From: Oligoflexales bacterium
GTDB taxonomy: Bacteria; Bdellovibrionota_B; Oligoflexia; Oligoflexales; JAPPIL01
Length of the DNA stretch: 64,000 nucleotides
Assembly (NCBI GenBank): GCA_965215515.1
Contig: OZ244057.1
Coordinates: forward strand, 896,001 to 960,000
Direction: 5' to 3'
The notes under the pieces were generated by a model. The model saw only the letters and a program-made list of their open reading frames with translations. It ran no database searches and had not been told where the DNA came from. Positions 9,344 through 19,200 of the stretch are shown here, piece by piece. How positions within the stretch are numbered: the first letter of the stretch is position 1; every line of letters starts with the position of its first letter. The translations under genes and the position numbers were made by a program.

Positions 9344-9377
9344 TAGGAGTTGTCCACCCTCCCTTGGGCAACTTCTA
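9344..9377. terminator. Hairpin between convergent genes
   Basis: 13-bp stem taggagttgtcca / tgggcaacttcta (two G-U pairs) with an 8-nt loop. Confidence 0.5.
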
Positions 9378-9395
9378 CGGCGACGTATCACGACC

Positions 9396-10049
9396 TTACC
9401 GTGGTACGTCGCCTTGGCGCATGCCGATCCCTGTCCGAGGCCACGCGGCAACGTTGCTGGCAACGTGCTTCCCCACCATGTCGCTTTCGAAATTCACCCG
9501 CTGTCGAGGCACGAGTGCCGCGAGGTTAGTCCGCTGACAAGTGGCGGGAATCAAACAAACCGTCATCGCCTGCCCGTGCGAGGCATCGTTCTGCACGGTG
9601 GTGATCGTTAAGCTAACCCCATTCAGGGCGACCGCGGCACGGGGGAATATCTGGGTCTCATACCCCTCTGGCACCGCGAGAGTGAGGTCAAGACCACGCG
9701 CAGGTGTGCCGTCCACACCCAGCACCTCGGCCACAGCATCGACGTGACCGCTAACCAAATGACCATGGACACGATCCCCCAGACACAACGGCAACTCGAC
9801 GTTGAGCAGTTGCCCCCGTGCGAAGGTGGCAAAGGTAGTACACCGACGGGTGGCGTGGCTGAGGTCGAAAGACACCCGCTCCGCCTCGCAGGCAACGACG
9901 GTCAGACAGCAGCCATCCAGTGCCACACTATCACCATCCCGCAACCGTTCACCGAACGCGGCGACCGACAGACGCACCCCGCCATCGGCGCACTGCACGA
10001 GATCCACGACGGAGGTAGTGTGGGTAATCAGACCCGTGAACATCTTCAC
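9396..10049 (-). CDS. ribE: Riboflavin synthase (alpha chain)
   Basis: MFTGLI start motif, GDSVALDGCCLTV, GHLVSGHVD, ALNGVSLT, VNFESD. Called ribC in E. coli nomenclature. Confidence 0.93.
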   Translation of the reverse strand: MKMFTGLITHTTSVVDLVQCADGGVRLSVAAFGERLRDGDSVALDGCCLTVVACEAERVSFDLSHATRRCTTFATFARGQLLNVELPLCLGDRVHGHLVSGHVDAVAEVLGVDGTPARGLDLTLAVPEGYETQIFPRAAVALNGVSLTITTVQNDASHGQAMTVCLIPATCQRTNLAALVPRQRVNFESDMVGKHVASNVAAWPRTGIGMRQGDVPR

Positions 10050-11056
10050 ACTTTGCGCAAGACAGTCGCCCCCCAGGTCAACCCAGAACCGACGACGACA
10101 AGCAGAATAGTGTCACCCTGACGCAAACGCTCCCAATTTTGAGATAACACATCAGGTGCACCCGCCGCCCCCTGATTGCCATAGTCAACGACGTTACAGA
10201 GATGCTGCGTGGTACGTAAACCGAGTTTGCTGAGCACCGCCTGCAACATACGGTGGTTGGCCTGATGCCCGATAAAATAATCGATGTTGTCGATGGTCAA
10301 GGCATTGCGTTGGAGGATAGCCCGCGCGGCAGCGATGGTTTTGGAGATGGCAAACTTCTGCACCGCCTTGCCCTGCTGCGCCAACGTGCCGCCATCGGGA
10401 ATAACCACCTTGTCACAGGCAGCAGGGTGCGAATAGACTTCCGTGTCGATTACCGCCAAGCCCCGTCCCCCGCTCTCTACTACAGCACAAGCACTGCCGT
10501 CACCGAACAACACACAACTGCCGCGATCACGGTAATCCATGCGCAGTGAATAACGTTCTGGATTACAGATTAACACCTTGCGACTGCGATCGACAGCCAA
10601 CATCCGTCGGGCAAAGTGCAGATCGACAACGAACGAACTGCAAGCCGAATTGATGTCCACCGCCACACCCTTCAATCCCAATTTGGCGGCGATGACACAA
10701 GCATTGGCAGGGATGTCCCAATCGGGCACCGACGTACCGCAGATGACCAGCCATTCACCCCGCCAGGTCTTTACCCTTTTTCTCTTCTGCAAACAGCTAA
10801 AAGCAGCCGCCGCGCAACTCGCAATGTCCCACTCACAGCCGCCTGTGCGCATGGCAGTGATGGCCTGCGGTGTGTCTTTCAGAGTGCGAATCTGTGCAGG
10901 GCTGAGCACCGAGCGGCGCGTCTTGATCCCCGTACGTGCCTCGATCCAGGCACTCGCAGAACCGATATCGAGGGTAGCAAAAAAATCGTTGTCGATAACA
11001 TGCGGAGGAAACCAATGCCCCATCGCCGTTATCACCGCATGCGGTTCAGCAATCAT
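10046..11056 (-). CDS. fabH: 3-oxoacyl-ACP synthase III family
   Basis: WIEARTGIKTRR, DINSACSSF (catalytic Cys), LFGDG, HQAN, YGN. Confidence 0.9.
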   Translation of the reverse strand: MIAEPHAVITAMGHWFPPHVIDNDFFATLDIGSASAWIEARTGIKTRRSVLSPAQIRTLKDTPQAITAMRTGGCEWDIASCAAAAFSCLQKRKRVKTWRGEWLVICGTSVPDWDIPANACVIAAKLGLKGVAVDINSACSSFVVDLHFARRMLAVDRSRKVLICNPERYSLRMDYRDRGSCVLFGDGSACAVVESGGRGLAVIDTEVYSHPAACDKVVIPDGGTLAQQGKAVQKFAISKTIAAARAILQRNALTIDNIDYFIGHQANHRMLQAVLSKLGLRTTQHLCNVVDYGNQGAAGAPDVLSQNWERLRQGDTILLVVVGSGLTWGATVLRKV

Positions 11057-11796
11057 CAGCCTGCAAACATACCTCCGTTGACATGCAAGGTTGTGCCCGT
11101 GATGTACTGCGTTGCAGGAGAGGCGAGGAACGCCACCGCCTGTGCCACGTCCTGCGGCTTACCGAACTTTTGCAGCGGAATACGTTCTTTGATGGCAGCG
11201 ATAATGTCATCCGAGAGGCGCGCCGTCATGTCGCTATCGATCAAGCCTGGGGCAACACAGTTGCAGAGGATGTTGAACTGTGCCAAGTCCTGCGCAATGC
11301 TTAAGGTAAAGCCTGTGATCGCACTCTTGGTGGCAGCATAAAGACCCTGCCCGAAATTTCCCGTATGCCCGACTACCGAGGTGATGTTGATGATACGCCC
11401 CCACTTGCTCTTAATCATCATGCGCGCCACCAGCTTGGACAACAGAAAAGTGGGACGCAGATTGACCGCGATCAATGTCTGGAAGTCCTCCGCCTTCGCA
11501 AAAGGCAGAATCTGATCCTTCACCGTGCCCGCGTTGTTGACCAACACGTCGATACGTCCGAGTTCGCCTTTCACGCGCTTGACGAGCTCTTCAGCCGCGT
11601 TCTCCTGTGCGAGGTCAGCTCGGTAGGCCTCCGCCCCCGTCAGTTCGTTGCACAGGGCACGGGCCAACTGTTCGTCACGCCGATAGTGCACGGCAAGGCG
11701 GTAACCGTCACGGTGCAAAGCCGCCGCACAGGCCGCCCCTATACCTCGTGACGCGCCTGTCACCAATGCCACCCGCGGTGTGTTTTGTTCTGTCAT
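11056..11796 (-). CDS. fabG: 3-oxoacyl-ACP reductase
   Basis: TGASRGIG, NNAG, YAATK, HVNGGM; abuts fabH. Confidence 0.92.
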   Translation of the reverse strand: MTEQNTPRVALVTGASRGIGAACAAALHRDGYRLAVHYRRDEQLARALCNELTGAEAYRADLAQENAAEELVKRVKGELGRIDVLVNNAGTVKDQILPFAKAEDFQTLIAVNLRPTFLLSKLVARMMIKSKWGRIINITSVVGHTGNFGQGLYAATKSAITGFTLSIAQDLAQFNILCNCVAPGLIDSDMTARLSDDIIAAIKERIPLQKFGKPQDVAQAVAFLASPATQYITGTTLHVNGGMFAG

Positions 11797-11929
11797 CTTG
11801 TCTCCTTAACTCCACGCCCCCACCACCGTCCAGGAGTATAACACAGGTGGTTATTTTTTTGGCAAGGGCTGTTTTTTAGGCAAGTAGAGTGATACACTGC
11901 CGCGACGCGATGGCGATTATGGGTGGTGT

Positions 11930-13666
11930 ATGCATTTTGAGACGATCGAAAACTGGGTGAAAGAAAGTGCGCAGCTGGTGGGAGCCGCGCAGGTCAGGTG
12001 GTGCGACGGTTCGCGACAGGAGTACGATAATCTCATCACGATGATGCTCCAGGACGGTTCATTGTTGCCGCTGCATGAGAAATACCGCAACTGCTATCTG
12101 CATCGCTCGCATCCCAGCGACGTGGCACGCACCGAGCAGCAGACTTTTGTCTGTCCTCGTAACCGTGACGACGCAGGCCCCAACAACAACTGGCTCGACC
12201 CTCAGCAGGCACACGCCAAGATGGACGCGCTATTCCGCAATTGTATGCACAAGCGGACGATGTATGTCGTTCCCTACTGTATGGGGCCGCTCGCGTCGCC
12301 CTACGCGGGGCTGGGTATCGAGATTACCGACAGTCCTTATGTCGTGGCTAACATGCACATCATGACGCGCATGGGGGAGCAGGCGTTGGCGCGTATCAAG
12401 CGAGGCGAACAGCAGGTCGTTCGTGGCCTACACTCGGTCGCTGACCTCGACCCGCAGAGACGCTTCATCATGCATTTCCCCGAAGAACTGTTGATCAAGA
12501 GTGTCGGTTCTGGTTACGGCGGCAATGCCCTGTTGGGCAAGAAGTGCCACGCGCTGCGGATTGCCAGCAATCAAGCACATCAGCACGGTTGGTTGGCGGA
12601 ACACATGCTGATCGCGGGTATCGAGCACAAAGGCGAGACACACTACATCGCCGCGGCTTTCCCCTCCGCGTGTGGCAAGACCAATCTCGCCATGTTGATT
12701 CCGCCTGCCAAGTACCAGAAGGACTACAAGGTGTGGACGGTCGGCGATGATATCGCCTGGATGCATGTCGGTGATGACGGTCGTCTGTGGGCGATCAATC
12801 CCGAAGCGGGGTTTTTCGGGGTGGTGCCAGGCACGAATGAGCACAGCAATCCCAACGCTCTGCGGATGCTCGACCGCGACACGATTTTCACCAACGTCGC
12901 CCTTACTGCCGACAACGAGCCGTGGTGGGAGGGCAAACTCAGCGGACAGCCGCACATCAATTGGAAAGGCGAGCCGCACCACCGCGGTCAAGGGCCTGCG
13001 GCACATCCCAACTCCCGCTTCACCGTCTCCGCCAAACAGTGTCCCAGTTATTCGCCTGCGGCGGAAGAGGCGTGCGGTGTGCCGCTCAGTGCGATTATTT
13101 TCGGCGGGCGGCGTTCGACTCTTAACCCTCTTGTGGTGGAGTCGTTTGATTGGGCACATGGTGTTTACATGGGGGCGACGCTGTCTTCCGAAACGACTGC
13201 TGCGGCGACGGGCAGGGTGGGTGTGGTGCGGCGTGACCCGATGGCGATGTTGCCGTTTTGCGGCTACAACATGGGCGATTACTGGTCGCACTGGTTGAGT
13301 ATGCAGCAGCGTGCTACCCAGTTACCGCGCATTTTCCAGGCCAATTGGTTTCGGCGTGATAGTGACGGAAAATTTCTCTGGCCTGGTTTCGGCGACAATT
13401 TGCGTGTTTTGCAATGGGTGATCGCTCGTTGCAAAAATCGGGTCGATGCTACCAGCACTCCTATCGGGTATTTGCCTAAGATCGCCGACATCGACTGTGA
13501 CGGCTTGGATTTATCCGAAGCTACCAAGCGTTCTTTGTTTGCTATCGACAAGCATGGTTGGCAAGCTGAGCTGGCGGCTATCTTCAACTACTTCGAGACT
13601 TTCGGCACGCATGTGCCACAGGCGTTCGCCGCGCAAATGCAACGTATTCGTACCCAACTTCGCTAG
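11930..13666 (+). CDS. pckG: Phosphoenolpyruvate carboxykinase (GTP)
   Basis: SGYGGNALLGKKC, WLAEHML, FPSACGKTNLAM, VGDDIAW, HPNSRF, DPMAMLPFCGY. Confidence 0.96.
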   Translation: MHFETIENWVKESAQLVGAAQVRWCDGSRQEYDNLITMMLQDGSLLPLHEKYRNCYLHRSHPSDVARTEQQTFVCPRNRDDAGPNNNWLDPQQAHAKMDALFRNCMHKRTMYVVPYCMGPLASPYAGLGIEITDSPYVVANMHIMTRMGEQALARIKRGEQQVVRGLHSVADLDPQRRFIMHFPEELLIKSVGSGYGGNALLGKKCHALRIASNQAHQHGWLAEHMLIAGIEHKGETHYIAAAFPSACGKTNLAMLIPPAKYQKDYKVWTVGDDIAWMHVGDDGRLWAINPEAGFFGVVPGTNEHSNPNALRMLDRDTIFTNVALTADNEPWWEGKLSGQPHINWKGEPHHRGQGPAAHPNSRFTVSAKQCPSYSPAAEEACGVPLSAIIFGGRRSTLNPLVVESFDWAHGVYMGATLSSETTAAATGRVGVVRRDPMAMLPFCGYNMGDYWSHWLSMQQRATQLPRIFQANWFRRDSDGKFLWPGFGDNLRVLQWVIARCKNRVDATSTPIGYLPKIADIDCDGLDLSEATKRSLFAIDKHGWQAELAAIFNYFETFGTHVPQAFAAQMQRIRTQLR

Positions 13667-13732
13667 GGGCACGGCACTAAACGTTTTCCGTTGTGCCACC
13701 GATAGGGGTGGTGGACGGCGTGGTGTGTCGGA

Positions 13733-14788
13733 ATGGGTAAAGCGGACAGCCTCAACATTATCACCGACGAGCGGGCTTTGGATAGGGATGACTTCTCTTT
13801 ATGCGGGGATTATTCTGCGATAGGTATCGATAGCTCTCTCAATCGTTTCTACGTTACCTATGATCGTGTTTTGTTTCGTAAATTACCTGAAGTAATTCAA
13901 ACGATTCTCGAAGCTAACGGGTTTGTGCACAATTTTGAAAACATGCTTTCCTGTCTTGAACGTCTGTGTTTCGGGGTGCGCAGCGAGGAGAGCAAAGACA
14001 GTGTGCGCCGCGGCTCGCCTTGTCTGGTAATCCGTTTTCCCGATAAGAAAAAAATCGGGGCATTGCTTAACAATTTCTACAAAGAAGTCAACAAGTACGA
14101 AGACATTATCGCTAGTTATCAAGCTGACAATCTGGCGAGCAATAAAAAAAATCGCCGTGAATTAGAAATTGCGCTAGAGAAACTGCGCACAGAAAACGCT
14201 GAACTGAAGAAAGAAAAAACCGCACTGCAACAAACGGTAGCTTATCTGCGTTCAGCGCACGAGCACGCTCTTACCGCGGGCAATTCCCTGCCAGTCGATT
14301 TGTCCTTTGCACGCGCCAAAGAAATAATTGCTGAAGATCGATGTGTGCTGTTAAGATGTCGCAACAAAAGCTATCGTGTGCCGTTAAGTATGTTCGATGT
14401 TTTGCCTGAGAAAGAGCAGATGTGTCTAGTTTTGTTCGCTAAGCATAACAAAATTAGCAGAGTTTTTATCTATGGTGAAGGTGGTACAATTATTCCTAAA
14501 AGCCTGTGTATTGTGCTACATATTAAGGGTGATCGTCTTAAATTACGTGATTGTCTGAGCCGTCGTGTTTATCTTTTTACCCTCAGGAGTGATCGGGAAA
14601 GGAAGCGGTTAGGGAAGGTGGGACGGGGGAGCAGTGTCATTGCCTCTTTGTATAATGGGTATGTTTTTGATCTTGTGATGTTGACTCCTATGGTTAATAG
14701 TTTGTTTGAGGATTTGATGCACGAGCGTGTTATGCGGGCGGGAATCGACTTACAGCACGGCGGCGATGATGATGAGCAAGGGGCATAG
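13733..14788 (+). CDS. Hypothetical protein with central coiled coil and beta-rich C-terminal half
   Basis: 351-aa ORF; heptad segment RRELEIALEKLRTENAELKKEKTALQQTVAYL; stop 2 nt before the motA-like ATG. Confidence 0.75.
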   Translation: MGKADSLNIITDERALDRDDFSLCGDYSAIGIDSSLNRFYVTYDRVLFRKLPEVIQTILEANGFVHNFENMLSCLERLCFGVRSEESKDSVRRGSPCLVIRFPDKKKIGALLNNFYKEVNKYEDIIASYQADNLASNKKNRRELEIALEKLRTENAELKKEKTALQQTVAYLRSAHEHALTAGNSLPVDLSFARAKEIIAEDRCVLLRCRNKSYRVPLSMFDVLPEKEQMCLVLFAKHNKISRVFIYGEGGTIIPKSLCIVLHIKGDRLKLRDCLSRRVYLFTLRSDRERKRLGKVGRGSSVIASLYNGYVFDLVMLTPMVNSLFEDLMHERVMRAGIDLQHGGDDDEQGA

Positions 14789-14790
14789 GC

Positions 14791-15582
14791 ATGGAGAAGC
14801 TGCGCGCGAGGACATACTTAAAATCGCCGAGCAAACGCTTCGACCCGCTTGCTTTGTTGATCAGTGTAGCGGGTCTGGGTTTTGTTTTTTTTGTAGCTAA
14901 CCGTGTTGGTGCAACGGCACAGGTGTTTGACGTACGTAGTGCAATTATAGTAGTAGGGGGCACGTTTTTTGTTTTGTTATTTCAATTTGATTTTACTTCG
15001 GCTTTTATTTCTCTCAAAATAATTCTTAAATCTTTATGGGGAACACCTGATCGGCCTGTGTTAAAGATTTTACGGCAGCTAGACACTGCGATCATCAACG
15101 ATTATGGTCTTGATAAGTTGCGCAAAGGCGAGAGGTTGACGGGTGAGTTGCTCAACGACATCGTGTATATGTATCACAAAGGTTTGCTTTACGAAGAGAT
15201 AGACACCTTTGTTACCACGAGAATTTCCGACGCGTATTTGCATCGGGAGCTAGCGGTATCGTTGCTCAACAAGGCGGCAACGATTGCTCCTGCTCTCGGT
15301 TTGTTCGGCACGGTGTTGGGTTTAATTGGGGTTTTGCGTTCTCTCAATACCCCTGAGGGGATCGGGGCATCGATGTCGCTTGCTTTGTTGACTACGGTGT
15401 ATGGCACGGGTTTAGGCTCACTGGTGTTCACGCCTTTATCGGGTCGTATCGAGCATCACAATGTTATTTATCTAGAAGCACACCGCCAATTACTTAACAA
15501 AATTGCTTTGTTACTGAAAAGGTCGGAGCGGCGTATGAGTAGGGCACGCTTGAAGGAAGTAAATGCCTATGAAATTGAGTGA
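14791..15582 (+). CDS. MotA/PomA-family ion channel subunit
   Basis: 4 TMs; FDVRSAIIVVGGT, APALGLFGTVLGLI, MSLALLTTVYG. Confidence 0.88.
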   Translation: MEKLRARTYLKSPSKRFDPLALLISVAGLGFVFFVANRVGATAQVFDVRSAIIVVGGTFFVLLFQFDFTSAFISLKIILKSLWGTPDRPVLKILRQLDTAIINDYGLDKLRKGERLTGELLNDIVYMYHKGLLYEEIDTFVTTRISDAYLHRELAVSLLNKAATIAPALGLFGTVLGLIGVLRSLNTPEGIGASMSLALLTTVYGTGLGSLVFTPLSGRIEHHNVIYLEAHRQLLNKIALLLKRSERRMSRARLKEVNAYEIE

Positions 15583-16204
15583 TCTAAAAAAAATCAGTCA
15601 AGAAAACAAAGCGAATGTGTTTTATCTTAGTTTTAGCGACTTGATGGTATTGTTGTGTGTTTTTTTCATCATGTTGATAAGCATCAGTAAAATTGAAACT
15701 TTTTCTTTTGAGCAAATAAAAACTTCCTTCACGGGTTCAACCCGCGGCACACTTGCGGAGCTGGGTAAAAAGCTCAGGGGCATGACAAGACGTGAGGGGG
15801 TAAAAATCAGTCTTGATAAAGATGGTTTGCGCCTCAATCTTGAAGTTGCGGCACTTTTTAAAACAGCGAGTGCCACTTTAAAAAAAAATGCTTTGCGTAA
15901 AATCGACCCGCTGTTACATGAGATAAGAAAAACTGACTATACTGTTGATGTTGAGGGGCATACCGATGATCGTAATCTTTACTATGTCAAAAAAGATAGC
16001 AGTATTGAAACTAACTGGTCACTGAGTGGCAGGCGTGCCAGCACTGTCGTGCTTTATATGATGCGCAAAGGTTTTGCTAAAAAAAGGCTGCGAGTAGTTG
16101 GATATGCGAGCAATAAGCCGATAGCTAGTGTAGCTAGGAAAGCTGGGCGTGCGCTGGCCCGTGCCCGCGCCCAGAATAGGCGGGTGTCGTTGTTGGTTAA
16201 GTAG
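15563..16204 (+). CDS. MotB/PomB-family subunit with OmpA-like peptidoglycan-binding domain
   Basis: TM with conserved Asp (FYLSFSDLMVLLCVFF), plug-like FEQIKTSF, VEGHTDD, NWSLSGRRA, NRRV. Confidence 0.9.
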   Translation: MPMKLSDLKKISQENKANVFYLSFSDLMVLLCVFFIMLISISKIETFSFEQIKTSFTGSTRGTLAELGKKLRGMTRREGVKISLDKDGLRLNLEVAALFKTASATLKKNALRKIDPLLHEIRKTDYTVDVEGHTDDRNLYYVKKDSSIETNWSLSGRRASTVVLYMMRKGFAKKRLRVVGYASNKPIASVARKAGRALARARAQNRRVSLLVK

Positions 16205-16212
16205 GTACTACG

Positions 16213-19200
16213 ATGAAGAATATAATTGCGCAAAAAATTCCCCCTGCGGGTTTAAGCAAACGCTGCAATCGTGCCAACAAATTTAAGATAACTCGCAGCA
16301 AGGATGGTTTTGGGTTTCACGTCTATGTGCTTGAGAATACTGCACGGCGAGAAAAAATTAACATCAGTCGTTTTATTTTCGATCGTTTTCGTAGCGCTCT
16401 TAAGACGGTTGAAAAATCATGGCAAAGACGTGAGTTTCCACCCGAGGCAAAAGTTTTCTATCGTTCAGAAGTACATTTTATCATCAGCCAAAAATTAAAT
16501 GAAAAACATCAATATCTCATTCAGGAAATAGATCACAAGGGTGACACGGCAGGTTACATGTCGTTTGATATCGATGCTGTTGAGGCACTCACTAAGCTTC
16601 TTTATCATCACAAATTATTTCATCCCAATGATTTACTTAATCGTTTAATTGGGTATCACAAAATTTTCCGTTTTAGTTTTGCGGAGAGTACCGATAGTAT
16701 TACCAGCAAGCTGGTCATCAAAAACGATTTGTTGTGTTCGGTAGAGGGCTACAAGAAAAAGCTCAAACCGCGTTTTGCCAGCAAAATTGTTCCTTTTCTA
16801 GGGGGCAGTGCTCCGTCTACGTCGCCTGCGATGGATCTTGCTAAGGTTAAGCAGCAGAATTTTTTCAAGTCTCGTCTGGCAGAGAAGGCGGTAGCTCATA
16901 ATGCGGCAGTCAATTACGACCAGCTTTTTGAGCCTGAGGAAAAAGTTGTTGAACCTAAAAGCGAACGAACGAGTAAGCTCAATGAGCAGCGTATTTTATT
17001 ACCTCTTCACGCTCAGGATGTTAAAAACTTCACTGAAGTGCCTTTTATTTGTGAGTTTACAACAGGTGATTTCAGTGATTTTTTGCAGTTTGTTGGCCGC
17101 GAGCGGCACGGTGAGTTTTTGTTAGGCTTTGAGATAATCGACTGTCTTTTTAAGCAGTCGGGGAGTATGAAAACTTTTAAATTTCCTCTCTATTATATGA
17201 AGGTAACTTTGAAGGAGTCTGGCAAGGAAATTATCATTGAGCCAGTTGAAGACGGAGTTTTTTATCTCAATCACCTTGCTCTTGCTAACCTTATCGAAAA
17301 ATTTTCTAAAAATAAATCTGCTGACAACATCAATAAATTTTTCAAAACTTTGCTGGCACAGTACATGACTGTCGATGAAAAGCCGACACGTGTTTATCTA
17401 TCCCGTATGCTGCCTATAAATGAAGAAATTTTTGCATTGGTGCGTAAGATTCTCTTCGGTACACCTGAGGAGCGGGGTAAGGGTGGTATTCTTTTCAATC
17501 TCACTACGATAGGGGCGGAGATTGATCTCGATAGTGTTTATCTCTATCGTTCAGCGAAAGTGCAGGCATTGATGGCATTAAGTCTTGAGCATGATTTGGA
17601 TGAAATTTTGACTATTGCCTACGAGCATCCGCAGCGTTTCTATCACTCTAATCTGGGTAATTTTCTTTCTCCCGAAACATATGTGCCTGTCAGGGGAATT
17701 TTTTCTGAGCGAGCATGGGTGCCTAAGGCCTTACCAAAAAGTTTCAGCACTTTGTTGAAAAAACTTGATGAGCATAATTTTCTGTTGCTTGAGGGACCGC
17801 CTGGCACGGGGAAGACGCATTCAATTTTAAAGCTGTTGATTCACTGTATATGTATTAACAAAAAAATTCTCGTTGTCAGCGACCAGCATAGTGCCATTCA
17901 TGCGTTGCTTGAGCCGCTGAAGGAGTTTGCTCACCAGGGCAGTAGTGATACGCAGAACATCGCCAACATTATTGCCCAGAGTATTAAGGTCATAGACCAC
18001 ATACCCGCAAGGGATAGTTCGCTTTCGGCATGGGCAAGCAGCTTGAAAAAAATGTTGACCACCAACAAGTTGATCGAGCATCTTAGCGAAGATCCTCCTA
18101 ATTATAATGTGCAAATAAAGCAAATAGATAATGACATGCAGGCACTGAAGGAGAAACTGCAAGAAACAATAAAGCAAAATTTGTCGCCTCGCAACTATCA
18201 CGAGTCTACCGCTAAGGATATTGAAAGTATCATAAATTTTATTCGTTTTTGTGGGTATAGCCGCCGGAGCGGAAAAAACAGGGAGCGTAACACTTGGAAC
18301 AGAAAGTTAGTTACGGAATTCATGGCGATGCGCAAAAAGCTGCTCAAATTTGGGAGCTTGTACCGCTTTTTTCGTTTTACTAACTCATTATCTGAGTACA
18401 ATCAAGAAATGTTGATGACCCGTGAGTTTATCAACAAAATGCTCAAGATCAAACCGAAGAATGTGTGCAAGCTTAACCTGGTTTACGAGAGAAAGCTTGA
18501 CAATGCGGTCACTGCTTATTTTTTAAAAGAGTGGCAACGTTCTTTCCCTGTCCGCAAATCTGGATTAGCACGTGCTTTGCGTTATTTTACTGCGCTGATA
18601 CGGCATCCATTGACAGGACGTTTGAAGAAAATACGTCGTATTTTAAACAATCAGCTTGCCTTATTGCAGAGTGCTGATAGCAAAGTGATTTTTCAGATGA
18701 ATAAAATTCACCATTACCTGCGTGCTCGGAAAGAGCAAGCATCGTGCTTAGCTTATGATATTTTTGTTAAAAATGAGGGCAAAGTTGCTAAACGTAAGCA
18801 AAAACATACAGAGACGGCGCAGGATATTTTGCAAGTTATGGAGCAGCGGCAAGACGAGCGTGATCGTCTCGTCAAGATGCGTTTTTTACTTAATCTTACT
18901 AATATTGCCAGTAAAGCCCAGCATTCTGCGGGAGATGGAAAACCCGACCCTTTGACTACTATTGCCGCTTTGTGCGATAATCTTGGCAGCTATGATGCGT
19001 TGGAGATGGCTTTGCCTGTCTTGAATGATTTGAAAGAAAAGCTGATGGAAATATTTCCTATTTGGATATGTCGCAAGCAAGCCGTGCCGTTCCTTTTTCC
19101 TTGTGCAGAAAATATTTTTGATCTAGTCATCGTCGATGAAGCCACTCAATGTCGTGTCGATGATGCTTTACCTTTGTTGTTTCGTGCCTCTAAACTGTTG

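Noticed and set aside
14791..16204. Ordinary flagellar motAB annotation
   Set aside because: No flagellar or chemotaxis genes in the window and the pair is embedded between two non-flagellar genes. Not excluded, but no gene symbol was assigned.
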